A program made the position numbers and the translations under genes. Shown here one piece after another: positions 1-14,400 of a DNA stretch of 64,000 nucleotides. How positions within the stretch are numbered: position 1 is the first letter of the stretch; each line of letters begins with the position of its first letter. Below the pieces are notes generated by a model, which ran no database searches, was not told where the DNA came from, and saw only the letters and a list, made by a program, of their open reading frames with translations. This DNA is from Styela clava (Eukaryota), in NCBI RefSeq assembly GCF_964204865.1, contig NC_135262.1, forward strand, positions 10,664,001 through 10,728,000. The letters run 5' to 3'.

Positions 1-892
1 ACATAGTTCTAACTTCAGTAATTAAAGAAAGGAAAACAAGCACTAGTATAAAGAAATCACAGACGACGGTTCTTCGTTTGTCCATAGCTTATTTAGAAGA
101 TTAATTCATGCGTCAGGGCTTTTCTGTTTACTAGAACATCACCCTGGAATAGCAAAAGCATATTCAAAACTATTACTCATAATAATAATATGAAATTTGA
201 GCTTATATTGGAAGAGTATACAGCAGCTTAACGTAATATATTGTATTCTAATAGGACGATCGGGTAGTTCAAATAACAAACAATCTTCGTGAAAACAAAA
301 TAACGATAGAGCGTTTGATAAATTTATTATTCATTCTGAAGAAAAAGAGAAATTTAACTCAATGTAAAATATTATTTGAATCCGGAAAAAAATATTTATT
401 TATACATGATGATATTACAGTAGATTTTTCAATTGGGTTTGGTTGTTTTATATAGGGCAAATATTTTCTTCGTGACCAAAATAGCTAAACGCTGATTTTT
501 GCACGTAGGCTTGACCGAATAGCACCGGATACGTTTGGTATACGGTAATTAAGCTAATGCCCCCAAACATCGTGACGGTAAACAACGATCAATGAAATCG
601 TTCGTTATTTTGTTAAATTCATGAACGTGAACGGAAACTTAATTCCACTGAGAAAAGTCGAACGTGCCGGTGAATCACATTATTACGTCTACTGTCGCTT
701 TATTGAGAGCTGATGTCGATTAAAAGACAATCTGCTTTATATTTTTAACAGTCAGTATCAAGCACATGAGCCCGTTTTGTTTGTCTGATATGAGTTAGGT
801 GATCTAAAATATATCTCTCGAATTGAAGTTCCATGAGAAATGTCAACTAGCATTTACTTTGTAAGTAAAATTTAAACGTTTCTACTTGTCTG

Positions 893-2767
893 TCAAGCTT
901 CATCTCTTTCCATATTCACCCATCCATACTTGGCATGAATTTTACAAATTCGACGAAACTCCACTTCAGCGCGTCTTTGCGACAACTGATTCAATCGACG
1001 TTTCTGACGACGACTGACAACAGCTCCACCTTGTGTCAAACCAGACGCAACTTGCACCAGTAAAGATTCGATCGTGTAAGCACTAGACCAGCCTTGGGAC
1101 GTAAGTACTTCCATACAAATCGCTCCTCCGTCCATTATGAACCCATTGTCCAAATAAGGACCAACTAATCGCAGAAAAGGAGGTTGAAAAGGAAATAGTT
1201 CGGGAAAACTGAGACGAAATTTGATACTTTCAGTGCCGGTATCTTGCATCGATTTCCATAAATCAGAGGTTTCGTCAACTTTTAGTAGTCGTACATCCCA
1301 TTCAAATATATTACTATCATCAACAAGATTGACTTCAAATGCTGAGTTTGGAAGGGACGTTGCTCTGGTCATGTATTGAAGCTCACGCATGACACGGCGA
1401 TTTCTGACCTGTAAAAACCGACAATATCTTGTTTAGTTACTAGCCTATGTATTTGTCATGTATGACAGCAGACATGTATGGACTAAGCTTAGGAGGATAA
1501 TACATTTCCTTAAAATTGCTTCCTATTCAACATTATTTCATACAGGATGAGAATTATCTTGAATGCAGTTTGGTGAACTATAAAACCAATGTTGAGATTG
1601 AGAATAAATAAAGCACAATGTAGGATAGCAAAACAATGTAATCTGCCCACTTTTCAAATTTCTACATTAAAAACTCCATCAGGACATGATATGGAAAGGG
1701 CACTAACGCATACATAGCAAAGCCAAAATTATCAATTGTTATCAGTCAAAATTATCTTCCCCTGATGAAGTTTTTCTCTATAAAAAATATATACCGGTAT
1801 ATATATAATAATTTGATAAATTGAATACGGAAAAATTACTTGCCCCTTTTCAAGTCCCCTGAAAACAATATTCCAGACTAATTATCCACAAAATGTCACA
1901 TTAGCCCTTGATACGAGTCAAAAGAATATATATTTATATAGATGGTAATCAGCGCCTTGACTTTCGAAATTTTCTATTTTGGGATTGTTCGTATGAGTAT
2001 AAATAAATTTGGTATTTTGAAGAAGAACAAAATCTAGTGAGATTTATTGATCTGCTTTATACATATATATATATCATTATCGCGTCTATATTAAATATAG
2101 ACAATGCATACCTAACGAAAAGCATACGCCCTTGTATCGGCTTAACTGTACATGTTTTCACACAACGTCTGTAAATTGGGTCGATAGATGTTGATATTCG
2201 CCGTCTTTATAGAAAAACTATTTTGAGTACCAGATCCAGTGATTCAATTTATGATAAAATTTGCACATAAAATAACAGATAAAGATATAAATAATAAATT
2301 TTACAGCCAGGAAACGTCTGTATTAATTGATTGTTAGAACCAAATTCAGAACTATAAGAACATAAAAAGTTATGGATGATATACTTGAGCTCACTCACCG
2401 TGGCAGATTGTGAAATATCGGAAGTTATTTTGAATGTCACAGTGTTCTTCTGTTGCTTATTAGTTTTCGCCTCTTCTTCAGGTCGTGATGAACTATCAGA
2501 AACCGTTGGATTCTTTTTCAGCTCTTTGATTTGCTTTTCGTTAGCATCGACAGAATCTTCCTTTTCTGCCTCTGATTTTTCCTTCTTCAATTTGTTCTTA
2601 TTTGGTTGTTTTTCCCGTTGAATGGAATGGGGTGAGGGATGACAATCAATACGAGGTGAACTTGTAATGTTCTGAATCGTTGAAGACGCAGAAGAGCTTT
2701 GATGCGACGCAGAACGCTTTCTACTACGCGTAATATAACGCGCGATACGTGCTATTACGTTAGGCAT
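893..2767 (-). CDS. UBE2QL1: Ubiquitin-conjugating enzyme E2Q-like protein 1 (UBE2QL1-like), 2 coding exons, ~294 aa
   Basis: Exons 2767-2399 (ATG; donor ACG|GTGAGT, phase 0) and 1408-893 (acceptor CAG|GTC, giving VRNRRVMRELQ...). The C-terminal part has the UBE2Q/QL1 UBC motifs FPFQPPFLR, GGAICMEVLTSQGWSSAYTIE (catalytic Cys) and HAKYGWV, matching human UBE2QL1 as I recall it. The first exon is a low-complexity S/K/E-rich extension. Confidence 0.9.
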
Positions 2768-4099
2768 TTTTTTTATTATATATTATTGGAAGTATTTTTA
2801 TTGCTGAAAAAAATAACATTCTTATATTACTCACAATATTTTAGCATACTGTAGTAATATCATTTCCATCACAAATTTATATAATCCCTTTTGGTTGTGA
2901 TGGGTCTTCAAGTAGGCAAGTGCATCGTCATACATGACGGTGAAAATGGAAGTGAACCGAAGCTTTTAAAAAAAAAAAACTATCCACAAGGATAAATGTT
3001 TCGAATCCAAGATGCCCAAACACTTCAGCTAGTCAGATATGACTTCAACTATCTAACTTTAGTTAACAAAATGTTTGCTGTATCGTACCTCACTATGTAT
3101 TTTAGTTGAACATATTGTTTCATACTGAAATCCAAATTTTGCTAGCGAGGAATCTACACAGTTCGTCACAGGATTAAATGCGTCCGTTGTTTGCTACGGG
3201 ACAGCTAACTGCATATAGAGATACATAACTGGATGTATTCTGCATATTTACAAGTTACAGCTCTTAACTAACTGCATGTAAATAAACAAACACATTCCCA
3301 CCGGTCAATAACTCGCAGCGCAAGAAACGCTCGCTTGTCGAAACGTTGACTGCGTAAACCCGAGCTCCATATCTGAGGCCTCATTTTATTGATTTTCCGA
3401 TTCAGAGAAGACTTTTTCTCATAATACGATTATCTGAGCGAAAGAATGCCATTCGAAACAATATATATTGCTGTATTACGTATATATATATATATGCGCA
3501 TAAATCCAGAAGAACCTAACAAATCTCAATATATTACATAATATAGATTGATATACTATTAATAATAGACAGCGATATAACTTTGTTTATCTCTGCCGGT
3601 ACTCGATTATGCAACATAACTTACGGTCAGGCGTGCATGTACACAATCACGAGAGCCTGAATGCGCGCGTACTTTTATCTCCCTACCGGCATAGAGGCGA
3701 ATCCCACTAAATATCCGTTCTGGCAAAATCCCTTTACGTATTCTGGAACATACATATTTAATTTCTGTAAAACAAGCAAACACGGCCATCACCGAAGAAA
3801 TCGTTAAACATGCAGACGTGCCACAAGATTTCGTTTCGTGCTTCCATTCAATTTACCCCAATTACGCAACTCATGACATTTACTTAAGTTAAACAGACGA
3901 CACAAATCGCTCGGACCGATTTCTGATTCCGTCGTCTTCGAAATGCACTTCAATCAAATTAATTTCACCCTTTTGCTTTCCTTTGCGTATAATAGGCATC
4001 CAATTTGCCAAAATCTATTTACTGATGAATGATGTTTACCACACGTAACGTGATGCTAGCTGACTTTGACAGCCATATGGTCAGCAATGAGATTCAAAA

Positions 4100-4261
4100 T
4101 TTTTGTCAGCCGGTTCCTTCACAAAAGTTATATTTTTCAGCCGGTTCTATTACAAACAGAACATTGACAGTAACCGGCAATGCTAACCGGTTCGCTGATC
4201 TCATAAAATTCCGTGAGACGGTATTATTAAACCTGTGCGAACCGGCTGGATCCCACCACTG
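4100..4261. mobile_element. End fragment of a hAT-like MITE with AACCGG/CCGGTT subterminal repeats
   Basis: Several CCGGTTC/AACCGG units ending in GAACCGGCTGGATCCCACCACTG. Confidence 0.55.
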
Positions 4262-7200
4262 CATATGACCCTATTGCTCCAATCACAAAATATTATCCCC
4301 AGAAAGCGGAAACAAAACAAAATTTTTGTTTTTGCTGTAACATACAACAACAGAATTTATCAAGCTGTGCGCGCGTTTTCCCATTTCTTTCCCCCCCTAA
4401 CATGAAATTGTAAATTAAAGTTAAGACTAATATTTTATTTTTAACGGCTATCTGAAAAACATGTAACCAAGAACTAAATCGTAACTAACGACATAAAACA
4501 TTGGGAAGGAAACGATAAGCTAATTTTCTTACGCAATTACAAGGTAACCCTGAATAGCCTGGTACGAAATAAGTAATAACAACTTTTTTACAGCCGATAT
4601 ACCAGACTAGACTAATGATAGAAACATGTTGCAATAACCAATAGTCATTCATTCCCCTATCACTCCAAAATGTGAATGTCGGCGCCTAATGAAATATTGA
4701 TGACACTTTTACAATACACATCCAACCGTAATAATATATCTTGAAGAGATTGAAAATCTGTCCTTTATGCGATGGAGATACTAATTAGCCCGACATCGTT
4801 AGGTAGCCGACTGAGCTTTGCCTCATCGACAAGATAATTCAAGCATTAAAATTTAAATTATGTCGTGTGAGTGCTCAGTATCATTGGGGAGTAGAGATTA
4901 GAAGGAAATTGGAATGCATCGCGAACCCTAAATAATGCAGACAGTTCTGTCCAAGAAATTATTACACTTTCGAAAAATGAAAACCAAGCAAGATATTATG
5001 TTTGGCGTTTATGAACAAAAAATAAAACGAATAATGACTTGTTTTTCATTTGAGCCAAAATTGTCAGAAATCAATTCGCACGGGAATATGATGGAATCAA
5101 CAGCAGTAATTTCTTTAATCACATTTACCGGATTTAAAACGACACTGTGGCATATAAAAATGCAATCTCGAACACGCGAGTGACTATTTATTTTTTTCAT
5201 GGTGTATCCATGACAAACCAGAAAACTAGTTTCAATAGCAGGAATATCTACCTCCTCGAAGACAACACTAGTACACTTATCATGTAAACAAGATATCATT
5301 GTGATTGATGGTGAAATACCCAAATACACACATAGTAAAAACTGACAATGTCCTTTAATGTCTAAAAATCTGTCTCCTTAATGTCTAAAAATCCTAATTT
5401 TTTCCTGAAGTGATCGAAACAACTCAACTCGCACTGATATCAAACACGTCCACTCTTGAAACAAAAAGCAATCGCCCATGTCGGCTGGTATTGACATTTA
5501 TATATATTTGAAAAAGCATAGCGATTTAATTCAATTTTGTACTCATTGAAGAAAACAGCTGTTTAGCGGTTAAAATCGCACCATGCTACGAAAATCGATT
5601 GAATATGGCCAAACGTGACGAATAGAATAACTACATATTGTCCTTGGTTAGTCGATTTTCCCAACGCGATATCACACAATAGTTTAAAGGGAGACGCCTT
5701 CGACTTAAAGAACCCCGTAAACAATAAGCTTTACCGAGATTAATGTAATTAAATCGCGCTATTAGACGAACAAAATATGTTCGCTGGCTTTTAAAGAGAT
5801 TGGTTATAAATTACATCGTTTATACGGAATTAGCAGTTTTGAGTTAGCGAACAGATTGCACCTTTTGTTATATACGAGAGAGAAAATGAAACCTGGGAAT
5901 CCACACATTTGATCATGGACATTTGTAAATGAATACTTTTATTTTCGCTGCAGGTCAAAGCAGCTGAAACTTCGAAGCCTATTTACTACACCGAAATATG
6001 TTTACGTTCTAGCGGCCGAAAGTATGATTAAGTTTGCGTAATGTGACTCTTCCGATTACAGGTTAATATTAAACTTTTTAATTATAGGCAAAATTCAGAC
6101 GTCTTCAATAGTGTCATAACGCAAACAAAAAAATATTAACGCTCTTTTGTGGATTAAAGGATGCGATATAGTGGTTAATTTCAAACAGCCAATTTTTTTT
6201 CATATTGACTATGTAAAGCATGCCGTTCAAATTCCATTCTATCCATATCCAAATACTGTTTAAAAAATTTAAATCTTCAAATATTCTGAATTTCCTTGTT
6301 ATTACGCTTTCGAATAAAAAAGTATTATCAACGTTTATCTTATTTAATTCTTATTAATTAGCAATAAACAATGATTATATTTTGCCGAACTGGAATTTCT
6401 GCCAGCAAAATCGTCTGTAATAACTTCTTCAATGCACACATGAATAATATCTACATGGACGAGGTCGGTATTTGTCAAAACCAGAACGTAATAAGCAATC
6501 GAGCTCTTCTCCATACCTCTCCTATTAAAGCTGATTTATTTTCCGGAATAAAAATAGCTCAATCACATTGTAATTATTGATTTATTCAGCCTGGAATATA
6601 AGTTTGTATATATAAATATGTATGTATGACGTTGAGGTACGAATGAGGGTCAGTCGGGTTGGCAGATTTTTGCGAATCTGTCAGTTGATTGCGCTGTTCC
6701 CATTTAACCAACTATTCTCTCGAACCATTATGATCCTTCGCTACCTTTCAATACATATTCCAGGATTACTTCATTTCTACCTATTTTTGTCAAACATACT
6801 CCTGACCCGTTTTATCGATCCAATAATATGACTGGAAGATCGAAGTCGCTTAGCTTAGTCAATAATCTTGTTCGAATAACACGGCATTAATTAACCGTCA
6901 GGCTAAGAGACAATTATAGATTGTAAGCTGCTATTTTAATTCATGTTTTTTTCGTGTTTTGTATTTCATTAAGGTACAAACACATGGCATTTAAATAGCG
7001 CCTTCTGAAATTGCCAGTTACGGCGTTTTATATAAGCATACTACTTCTTTTTCGTAAATAACTTTACCATTGCGAGACTGTTTTTACCAAGTGTGTCACT
7101 ATTTCATCGAAAATGCACTCAAAGAAAACCGCAGAAAGCCGCTAAGTCGCTATTGTCGAATAGAATAATTAAGATGCACTCTGTAATTAGCCTTTTGAAT

Positions 7201-10200
7201 TGTACATGCATATTCAGCATTCTCTCGTCGACGCCGCCATGCAAACTTAGCATTAGATTAAAATTTTAAACGATGCAATTAAAGTTGGTTAAGAGGAAGA
7301 ATTGCTCTTGACGTTTGGCCATGCTTGACCATATTGCCAACACTGCTCAGGTTGAAGAGGACGAAATAGGCTTCGTGCTCATTTGAACATTGTTATTTTA
7401 GAAACGATCTTGTTGTGAAGTATAGCAGTGTATTATTACACTTATATTGTAATTACAGCGCAAAACGCGGCGATTGTGAAGTGGTATTGAAAATTTCAAA
7501 CCAAGCGCACTGGTGAATAAGGTCAAAAATTGAGTAGTACATCAAAAACTGATGTATACTTTGGCCCATAATTATTAAAGTTTGAACTAAGAACAACATG
7601 AGAATACTGTATAGGAAAAGGCATAGTCGGCCGTGAAATGCGAGAGTACCGGTACTTGGTATCCGCTGCGAGCTATATGCACTCCGGTGGTGGAAAACTG
7701 ATAAGTGGTTTTTTCAGTGTCCTCATCACACCACACACATCTAATATGAATACAACAATTTTATCGCTATTATGAATATACTCTACCATCTCCTCATCTT
7801 ATCACTCTAATTCTGTAATACTATAACTAAGACTCAAAATTTAGTGAGTGCTATTTACTGAATGTCATTTTCATTTCCAAAAAAACAAACATAACAAGGC
7901 ATTTTAATTTATCTTTTAACGTATATTTGTGATTCGTGATTTCACTATACCGCCAAGCTTTCCCATAGGTATATATATTGTACATGAACATTATTCTTTA
8001 CGTTCTAATATACATACAACTGAACTAATTCGCACGCACTACCAATACTAACTGATAATCATTTTGAGTAAGCATCTTGGTATCGTATTCTCCGCTAAGC
8101 TAACAACTGAGATTTTAATCTCTAAAACCGTGTTTTATGGCCATTACGGAATCGCATTTCCGAACTCGACAGTGGTGGCATTTCATGCCATTATTCTAAC
8201 TATGCCAATTATGGATCATATTTCATTGGTGCGCACAATTCATTCATCATGTATGACAAAGACTTGCGGAAAGCTGACCTAATTTTGTCCAAACGAAAAG
8301 ATACCTTTACGGCATTCTCGGAATAACATGGACTACCTGGTTTTTACAATGCACCTATTACTGTAGTTCCGTGAATTCATTCAATCTGTTCATTTTGGCT
8401 CTAATGATCTGGTCGAATTACTGAACAGCAGGACGCATGGACGCATTCATATACTTACTGTTTATCGTTGTTTTGTTTTAATGTCTCACAACTGTAACTG
8501 GTAGGTTTTGAGCGACGTATGTTTGTTAGCCCGCCATTTGAAAATAAAATTCATTAATGCATCGCAAAATGCCACGAGAATATTATGCATATCTAGTGAT
8601 CGACACTATTGTTTCGCGCCATATTGCAATATATATTTTCGTTGAGTAGGCTAATATTGACGGGACAATAAACCTACACAGTACGCACGGATTTCTTTTC
8701 AGCTAGAAGGTGTTATTTGACAGATATCGGCTATTGCAACTGTTCGTCATGACAACATATATTTGTCAACGGCATAAATATCAAAACCATCATCTTTTTA
8801 GATGATCAGATAAGAATACAAGGTCTTACTTCACTCACCAACTGAATCTTATATCGACGTATTTAAAGTTTTGTAAATGTTTTGCATGCGATAACACCTC
8901 GACCCAATATCTATATATGATAATTTTTCACTCCAGAACCTTAAAATATTGGCCATATTCCGAATTAAAATTTCAATATCTCCAGGATGTCTGCGTTTCT
9001 TCGAACAGCCATGGGCAGTTTACTCAGTGCCTAAGGTACGTCGCAATCGCAATCTCTCTCGCTACTCAAATAATTTAATTACGGAATTTACGACTCTATT
9101 ACCTTTTTGTATTTATTGGAACGAAATATATTTATTCCGGTGTCTTCATTAGATTAAATCACCTCAAAATTGTTAGAACTTTTCTTCATAATAATAAAAT
9201 TTTCAACCAGTTTGCTGAAAATCCTTTTGTAAAAAGACATAACATACGTCAACATTTTATTTTAGAGAGCGTGATATTTCACCCTTAAACTAAGCAGAAT
9301 CAGCAGTGCCAATATACGATCAATAAATAGGTTATTTAGTTTTAATATTCATAAGATACATTCTTCTGGGTCAGCTTTTGTATTAAGTAGGCTACTCATT
9401 AATTTCATACTGCGAAATGATACCAACTGTATCGCAGGCCAGATTATTGTCAAAGTGACGAATGATTACGGGTTCTTGGAGGCCACTGAACATCCACATT
9501 ACCGTCTCATACTAATATATATTCAATTTGGCGTTCCTGTAATACCGCTAAATATAGCTCACTCTATATTTGTTCCGTCGCACAGCAGCCCTTCAACTAA
9601 ATTCAATTTACCATTGATGGGTGCATTTTTGTAAATAGAAATTCAACGTACTTCGGTACTAAGATTATTTAAACTTACACGTCCAAAAAAAGTTCACAGC
9701 CGGTTTGCTTTCGTTAACAGTTGTTACACAATCCACATTTACAAATATTATTTGAGATACAACTCATATATATGATCTCACCGAACAAAATTGTCACTGT
9801 CGCCAGTTGCCCCACGTTTACCTGATCATAACAGCGAGTAATGTTAGAAAGATGAACAGTGGAATATGTGGGATAATAACCGTCTGTGCTGCATTGCTAT
9901 AAAATAGTTAAATTTCAACTGCAGCTTGTACTACAATAATTTATCAGCATAGCCTGTTATTAAATTCAAACCTCGATAAGTGAACACTGCGACAATCAAG
10001 GGTCAGAGCGCGGTTGCCAGACGAGATTCTTCTTTGTTTTACGCATATCCAAAACCGGAAACTTCGCCTGGATTTTGCTCCATTGTTTTGGTTTCAATAG
10101 CGTCTTACTAACGACAAGGAAAACGTTGCTTTTCCATTCACAAAATGGATAACCAAAATTACGAATGGGAAGACGCATGTTATTACTCGAGAACGTGACT

Positions 10201-10879
10201 GGCGTTACACACGTCTGATTCTTAAGAATGAAAAACTATTTTTAAAAAGCACGATACTTGTACTGTATATCGAAAACAGCTGTTACACTGAAGTTCCAGA
10301 AGAGATTTATATCGTTAGATCAGCGGTTTATAGTTTCTGATCGTGTTTCCTTCCAAAAGAAATTGATAATTACTGAATATGACCGTAGACTGACAACGTC
10401 CTGCACTCATTATCATTGTCAACTCCCAAACAAGAGGTTCATTCTTTTTATGTCGAAACCACATCAAACTTATAGCTCTATGTCTATCATACTATAGTCT
10501 ATTTATAACAATACAAGAACGCAACATAAAATTACTTGATAACAAAAACTAATGTATATATTTCACTACGCAAACTACATTAATATGACGCGCTTCACAT
10601 AAACCCAGAACATAACTTTCCAAACATAGCATCAGCTGCGGTCGTCCAACGTCTGAAACAAGAACAGATTTGCCGATAAACACAGCATTCCAGGGAAGGG
10701 TTCGCACGATTTCTGTTTTTACTTATCCTAACGAGATATTTTGGTGCCCACGGTGTTAATTCGGATTGGGTAATCGATTCCTGCGTTCAAATAATTTTAG
10801 CACGACGTGTGGGACCAGATCAGCATGTAAAAATTCTACATCCCAGATTAGAAAGGACTTTAACGCATTATGGAGTCTA

Positions 10880-11022
10880 TATGCGGATAAGTTTTACATA
10901 TTTATTTCAGGTAGGGGAAGGCTGATAAGACGACATAATCATGTGGCGAAACACGGCCTTTCGTTCGGTTACAGGTCCGTGTCGGGTATGGGATTAGATA
11001 ACCAATTGTTTTGTTTTCAGGT
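10880..11022 (-). mobile_element. SINE family 1, 3' half, antisense
   Basis: Reverse complement gives CTGAAAACAAAAC...ATCCCATACCCGACACGGACCTGTAACCGAACGAAAGGCCGTGTTTCGCC...CTTATCC. Confidence 0.65.
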
Positions 11023-11482
11023 GAATGAAACTGATTATGGAGAAAGCGGAAACCGATCAGCGGAACAACATAAATGAAGAACATCTGTTACATACTCCCT
11101 TTGTCGTGTTACTAAACTTTTAACAGGTGTCTGGATTGGATCGCAAATGCATATTTGTTAATCGTGTTTTGATTTTTAATAAAATAATTGAAAAATATGA
11201 TTGACAATTAAAAAGAATAAATGATGATTCGGTACATAACACAATATGTCTTTTTATCGGAGCACTTCATATTCGTTATATGGATAGATCACAATAGGAG
11301 TCAAAGGAAAGCACCAAATAACTAATTAAAAAGGATTGCATCAAACCGTATCCCATATTGCAATATAAAATAACAAGTTAAAAACACCATAATCCCAATA
11401 CCAAATGAAGCAATCACATCGTTACAGTGGCACTCATCACTCATGGCCCGTACTTGATACTTTTTAAAAGTCCTATCTAAAG

Positions 11483-14400
11483 TTAGGTTTGAATCATTTT
11501 TTTACCCAAATCAAAAATATATCTCTTGAATTTTAAATGTAGTAAAACGGTCTCGTTTGTTACAGTTGTTGGCTGTTTCCCTTCTTCTTTTGCACTCTGA
11601 TTCTTTTTATTTCTTTCTTTTTTACTTCCTTTCCCTCCTAATGCATTCTTGCATTTTTCACCAATTCCATCTGCATGGGGATTAATATACATGATAATGA
11701 TACCAGAGACAGTATTATTGCCTTTTTTTCCATATATATATATTGGGATCCACATAGGAGAATTGATCAAGATTTTAAACAATCGCGACATATGGCGCAA
11801 AGAAAGACAATCATGATTTTGAATATATTTTTTCACTAGGAGTTCGCTAAACACGGCTTTAGACATGCATTAGGCTGTATACATCACATGTTCGCCTACT
11901 TTACATCAAGTTGTGTAAGGGGACTGAAACGGTATATTCACTTGGCTAAAACAGACAGTTCCCGAACTCGTTAAAAAAAGGAAAATAGGACCTACCCTAA
12001 TCTGGTACACACACAACGGGAGTACCAAGTTTAATAATGGGTCAGTGTCCATACCCCAAATCTCTAATTAATTTGAAAAAAATATACATATTTTTTATTT
12101 GGAAAAAATTGTTCAATAAATTTACTCTCCACCATTATCTCTAAAAAGAATTTAAAATTATAGAAACAAGTAAAACCTGGTATTCTTATTTTAATTTTTC
12201 CACTTTGTCCGAAATTTCCTTCAATTTTCCCTTGTTCTCCTGTTGATAATTCTACTTTGAGATTTTGGAATAATTCAATATTTGATTCTTTCTTTAATAA
12301 ACCACGACAAATAACAGTATAATCATCTTGTATCTGAAGAATAATATAATTTACAAACGAACAAAAAATATACTATATTGACAGAATTCATAACTCAAAA
12401 TGATTCTAAAAGTTGTGGTACCTTAATAACTTCTTTAAATGTATTTCCATTTTTAATATTCATAAAATTTACTTAAAATTAAAATAGCATTTTGACATTA
12501 AAATTTTACTGAATGTCAAATATTTCGCAATTGAACTTTTTGTAACATTTTCTTTCCAAATTTTTTTTAAACCAAGTCTATCAAGCAGCCATAGTAGGCA
12601 AATGAGACATTAACGATGCCAACACACTTTCTTATTACTGGACCCCGAAATTTGATATATGACTCGCAACATGGACTCGAAAAGAGGTTCAACTCAGCTC
12701 TTACTCCGAATATAGCGACCCCAAAAAACTAAACTCAGGTCATTTGGAACATATACTCGTAAGAACATAAATATTGTGCAAAGCATTCTTGGAGACTGAA
12801 ACTTTTGGGTACAATCATACACAACCAGAAGTTCAAGTGCTAAATAAATTTCTTCATTTTTTGTAGAAGTAATTAAGAAATTTATATGTTCCGTTTTTAC
12901 ATGTTACCCTATATTTGACCCTGGGGCTGATCGAGATTTTGACTTCATCTCACAACCCCTAGTAATGACATCTGAGCATCAAATTAAGTGGGGTTTGGTT
13001 TAGCTGAAAATTTTAGTCTTCAACAAAAAACAATTCAATACAAATTAAAATACAATTTCAAACACATCAAAACATATGTGGCCATACCCTGTCAACAATT
13101 CCTTCCTTCATTTTATTTTTGTAAATTTTAATATCAGGTAGAATGTTTTTCTCATAATCTTTATCAATAATAGATTCAACAATCCTTGCTTGAAAAGCCA
13201 ACCTAAAATATATGTACATTATATTGCAGATTCACATTAGTGAAAAATTGAATATAATGAACATCTTTGCAACGCAATATCAAGGGAAGTTTTATGAAAA
13301 GTTTGTTACAACAACCATAATAATTTGACAAAATATAGAGAACAATTTTCAGAATTCAAGTCTTCATTCCAAACAGGGATCTGGACAAGCAAACAATGAT
13401 ATTTGAGCCTCATTTTTGGAGTGTAGGAATTATTTAAATAATCTTGAACGATTTTACAAGAAAGATTGCTTGAAGCAGGGTAATGCACACTCAAATTTAA
13501 CTATAGGGGGTAGATAATCTTTGAGCAATGTGGAGACAACTACTTAGCGCTACTGACATTATGATGAATTAATTAAAGGAGAAACACTTGGCCATCTATC
13601 AGATACCTTACATTGTCAAGTAAATGATGCCCCATTGCTTACAAAAACATAAAAAACAAATTACCTGCATTTGTTTGCATTGATATCAGAATCAAGTCTT
13701 GATCCAATAGCAAGACTGTTCCTTCTGCATGTAACAGGTTTCTCAAATTCAAGTAGAACAAATTGATTTTTAGCCCTGAAAAGAAGATATAATCAAGATT
13801 GTAAAAAGTGTTATGCATATGTTCGCCATCGAATCACTGATTACCTGCGCAGGTTCTCACATTTGAATCCTGTGAAGGATAATTATGTGCTAGAGGATCG
13901 CTGAACTCAGTCGGTTACAGCTCCTTTTTACCATCCTGAAACAAATAACTGATTAACTACTATTCCTATACCCGACATGGACTGGTCACATGACAAACCA
14001 TTTCTCTCATCCGATTAGCTGTCTATGTAATTGCCAAACAATTTTATTTGTTTCAGATACATGGACTTGATGATGGGCGGATGTTGTAACTAATCCCATA
14101 TATGACATGAACTGGTAACTGGACTAGAGGCTGTGGTTTTTCATTTGATTCGGTTGTTTTATCGGCTTTCGTCTCCCTCAAGATGAATATGTGAATCCTA
14201 TACTAAATTGAAATTGACAACAGGCTATATTTATATGAATGGAAGTTTTTGACAAAGTGAGAATTATAATATATAGCTACATTACTTGGAAAAGATGAAT
14301 AATACTATTTAAGTAATTTTGAATTGGGAAACACTATTTTTTTTTCTATTGTGACTTTAATAACTATGTTAATAACCAGGTAATAATCAATAACAATCAT

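Noticed and set aside
3330-3355. Penelope-type hammerhead ribozyme (GTCGAAACGTTG)
   Set aside because: There is no upstream CTGANGA core at a suitable distance.
3600-11100. Short ORF-track ORFs (60-106 aa) as genes
   Set aside because: No recognisable motifs, no chain of phase-compatible splice sites, and many start at non-ATG codons; consistent with chance or repeat-derived ORFs.
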